Part shown: positions 62,131 through 64,000 of the stretch, piece by piece
Layout: each line of letters starts with the position of its first letter
Numbering within the stretch: the stretch's first letter is position 1
NCBI RefSeq assembly: GCF_001194135.2
Contig: NC_069004.1
Coordinates: 27,706,790 to 27,770,789 of the forward strand
Direction: 5' to 3'
Source of the DNA: Octopus bimaculoides
Lineage: Eukaryota
DNA: 64,000 bases
Notes under the pieces: model-generated
What the model was told of the DNA's origin: nothing
What the model saw: the letters and a program-made list of their open reading frames with translations, nothing else
Database searches by the model: none
Made by a program: the position numbers and the translations under genes

Positions 62131-62727
62131 GTGTATATGTGTAAATATATATATATATATACATAGATATATATATATTTTAAGTGTATGATTAATTTAT
62201 GGAATGAAGTTCTACAAATTCAATCATATTTGTCAAAAATGGAGATAAGATGTTAAAAAGTTGGAAGAAGTTTATTCACGCATACAATCGTTTCATACAT
62301 AGATATAAATTCATTTTAGAATTTGCAAATATCATAGTACTCATCAGTGCAGAGAAAAAATAATAGGAACTTAAAAAAAGAACAGAGAAGTTGGATCTAT
62401 GAGTTTCATGTTTATTTGTTCCTATGTGTGATCGTTATGGGAGTCATGTCAATTAGTAAACCACAATAAGGTTTAATAATTGACGTGACTCCCATCACTG
62501 TTACTTTCTCTGATGCAGAACGGAATTTTGTCAGTGGTCTCAAAGCAATGAAAATATTTTGACAATTAATGTTGAAGTGAATCTACTGGTGTTTGTGTGT
62601 TTTTAAATGGCTTATAAACACCTTCTATGCTGCAATTGTTTTTATTTCAGCACACGATCTCAGATCAGGTCACTTGCTATGCAAGTACATGTCCGTAATA
62701 GAATATATATATATATATATATATATA

Positions 62728-62880
62728 TAGGCATGGTTGCGGGATTAGGAAGCTTGCTTCCTAGCCACATGTTTTTAGGTTCAGTCCCACTGCGTGGCAC
62801 CTTGGGCAAGTGTATTCTGCTATAGCCGCAGGCTAACCAAAGCCTGGTGATTGAATTTGGTAGGTGGAAGTTATCATCAT
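62728..62880 (+). mobile_element. SINE family A head+core
   Basis: GGTTCAGTCCCACTGCGTGGCACCTTGGGCAAGTG, directly after (TA)n. Confidence 0.8.
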
Positions 62881-63203
62881 GTGTGTGTAAGTGCTTGTGC
62901 CACCTAACAGAGAGTTGTGGTATGAAGTCAAACCAAATAGTGATATTTTCAAATCATTTAATATGTACTCTTCAGGTTTGCATAATATATAATAAGCAAT
63001 GCATCCACTGTGTTGTCCTTCCTCTATGCAAACCTAAAACATATGTGATAAATTATTTCAAAATATCACTATTTGATTTGACTTCACTTATGTAGACACT
63101 CAAACAACAATTTAGAGTAGTTTGTTATATTTGACTCACACCAAAAATTCTCGTACTGTGTACTGCTTCTTAGGATAACATAATAATATATTATATATAT
63201 ATA

Positions 63204-63420
63204 AAGGCAGTGAGCTGGCAGAATCGTTAGCATGCTGGGCGAAATGCTTAGCAGTATTTCGTCTGTCTTTAGATTCTGAGTTCAAATTCTGCCAAGGTTA
63301 ACTTTGCCTTTCATCCTTTCTTTCAGGGTTGATCAATTAAGTACCAGTTGCATACTGGGGTTGATCTAATCAACTGGCTCTCCTCCCCCAAAATTTCAGG
63401 CCTTGTGCCTAGAGTAGAAA
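63204..63420 (+). mobile_element. SINE family B, full length
   Basis: AAGGCAGTGAGCTGGCAGAATCGTTAG...GAGTTCAAATTC...CCTTGTGCCTAGAGTAGAAA. Confidence 0.9.
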
Positions 63421-63421
63421 A

Positions 63422-63540
<119 letters not shown>

Positions 63541-63786
63541 TTCATTAATATCTGCATGTATATAGTTCATTACTTCACAATAAAATTTGAAAAATATTGC
63601 AAAGGGAAGTAATTCAATAACTAGGAATATATTTATTCTCCGACATTAATTGAAATATAATCGAAATAATTATAGAGTGTGTGTATTTACTTTATAAGAT
63701 ATTGACCTACAAGCATCATTGTTATTTAATTCATTGTATGTTTACATTTGTCATATTGATAGTCAATCATTTGCACCATTACATGA

Positions 63787-63864
<78 letters not shown>

Positions 63865-64000
63865 TGCTTGTGTGTATGTTTATATCTATGAATAATAAAA
63901 AAAATACCCAGCTCAGTTACTGGACATGTCTTTGCACAGAAGATTGCAAGTATGTTACCCTGTTTTTGTATTAGTTGTGACTTTGTTTTGCAACCAATGT

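Overview
This is AT-rich eukaryotic genomic DNA from a scaffolded assembly with 8 N-gaps, most of them next to microsatellites. The repeat families and microsatellite density point to a coleoid cephalopod, most likely Octopus (inference from recognised repeat types, not a database search). I found no intact protein-coding gene, rRNA, true tRNA, CRISPR array or prokaryotic system. Almost all ORFs in the supplied track are artefacts of microsatellites, N-gaps or dead transposons. The window reads as intronic or intergenic DNA built from transposon layers: several modular tRNA-headed SINE families (my labels A-E), RTE, CR1 and R4/Dong LINE fragments, decayed mariner and Tc1 transposases, MITEs (piggyBac-type, hAT-type, mariner-type), a Helentron-type HINE, and Penelope-like remnants with degenerate hammerhead-ribozyme motifs. 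The most notable observations are: (i) up to four hammerhead-like motifs; (ii) a 148-bp perfect copy of nearby DNA inserted in frame-breaking position in a dead mariner; (iii) two R4/Dong fragments sitting antisense in the (ATT)n tails of SINEs; (iv) a 75-bp minisatellite at the edge of an RTE-tail element; (v) two minus-strand AG|GT sites resembling recursive splice sites; (vi) an intact (CG)11(TG)11 tract. None of these establishes a new biological system from sequence alone. SINE boundaries are approximate unless a target-site duplication (TSD) is cited.
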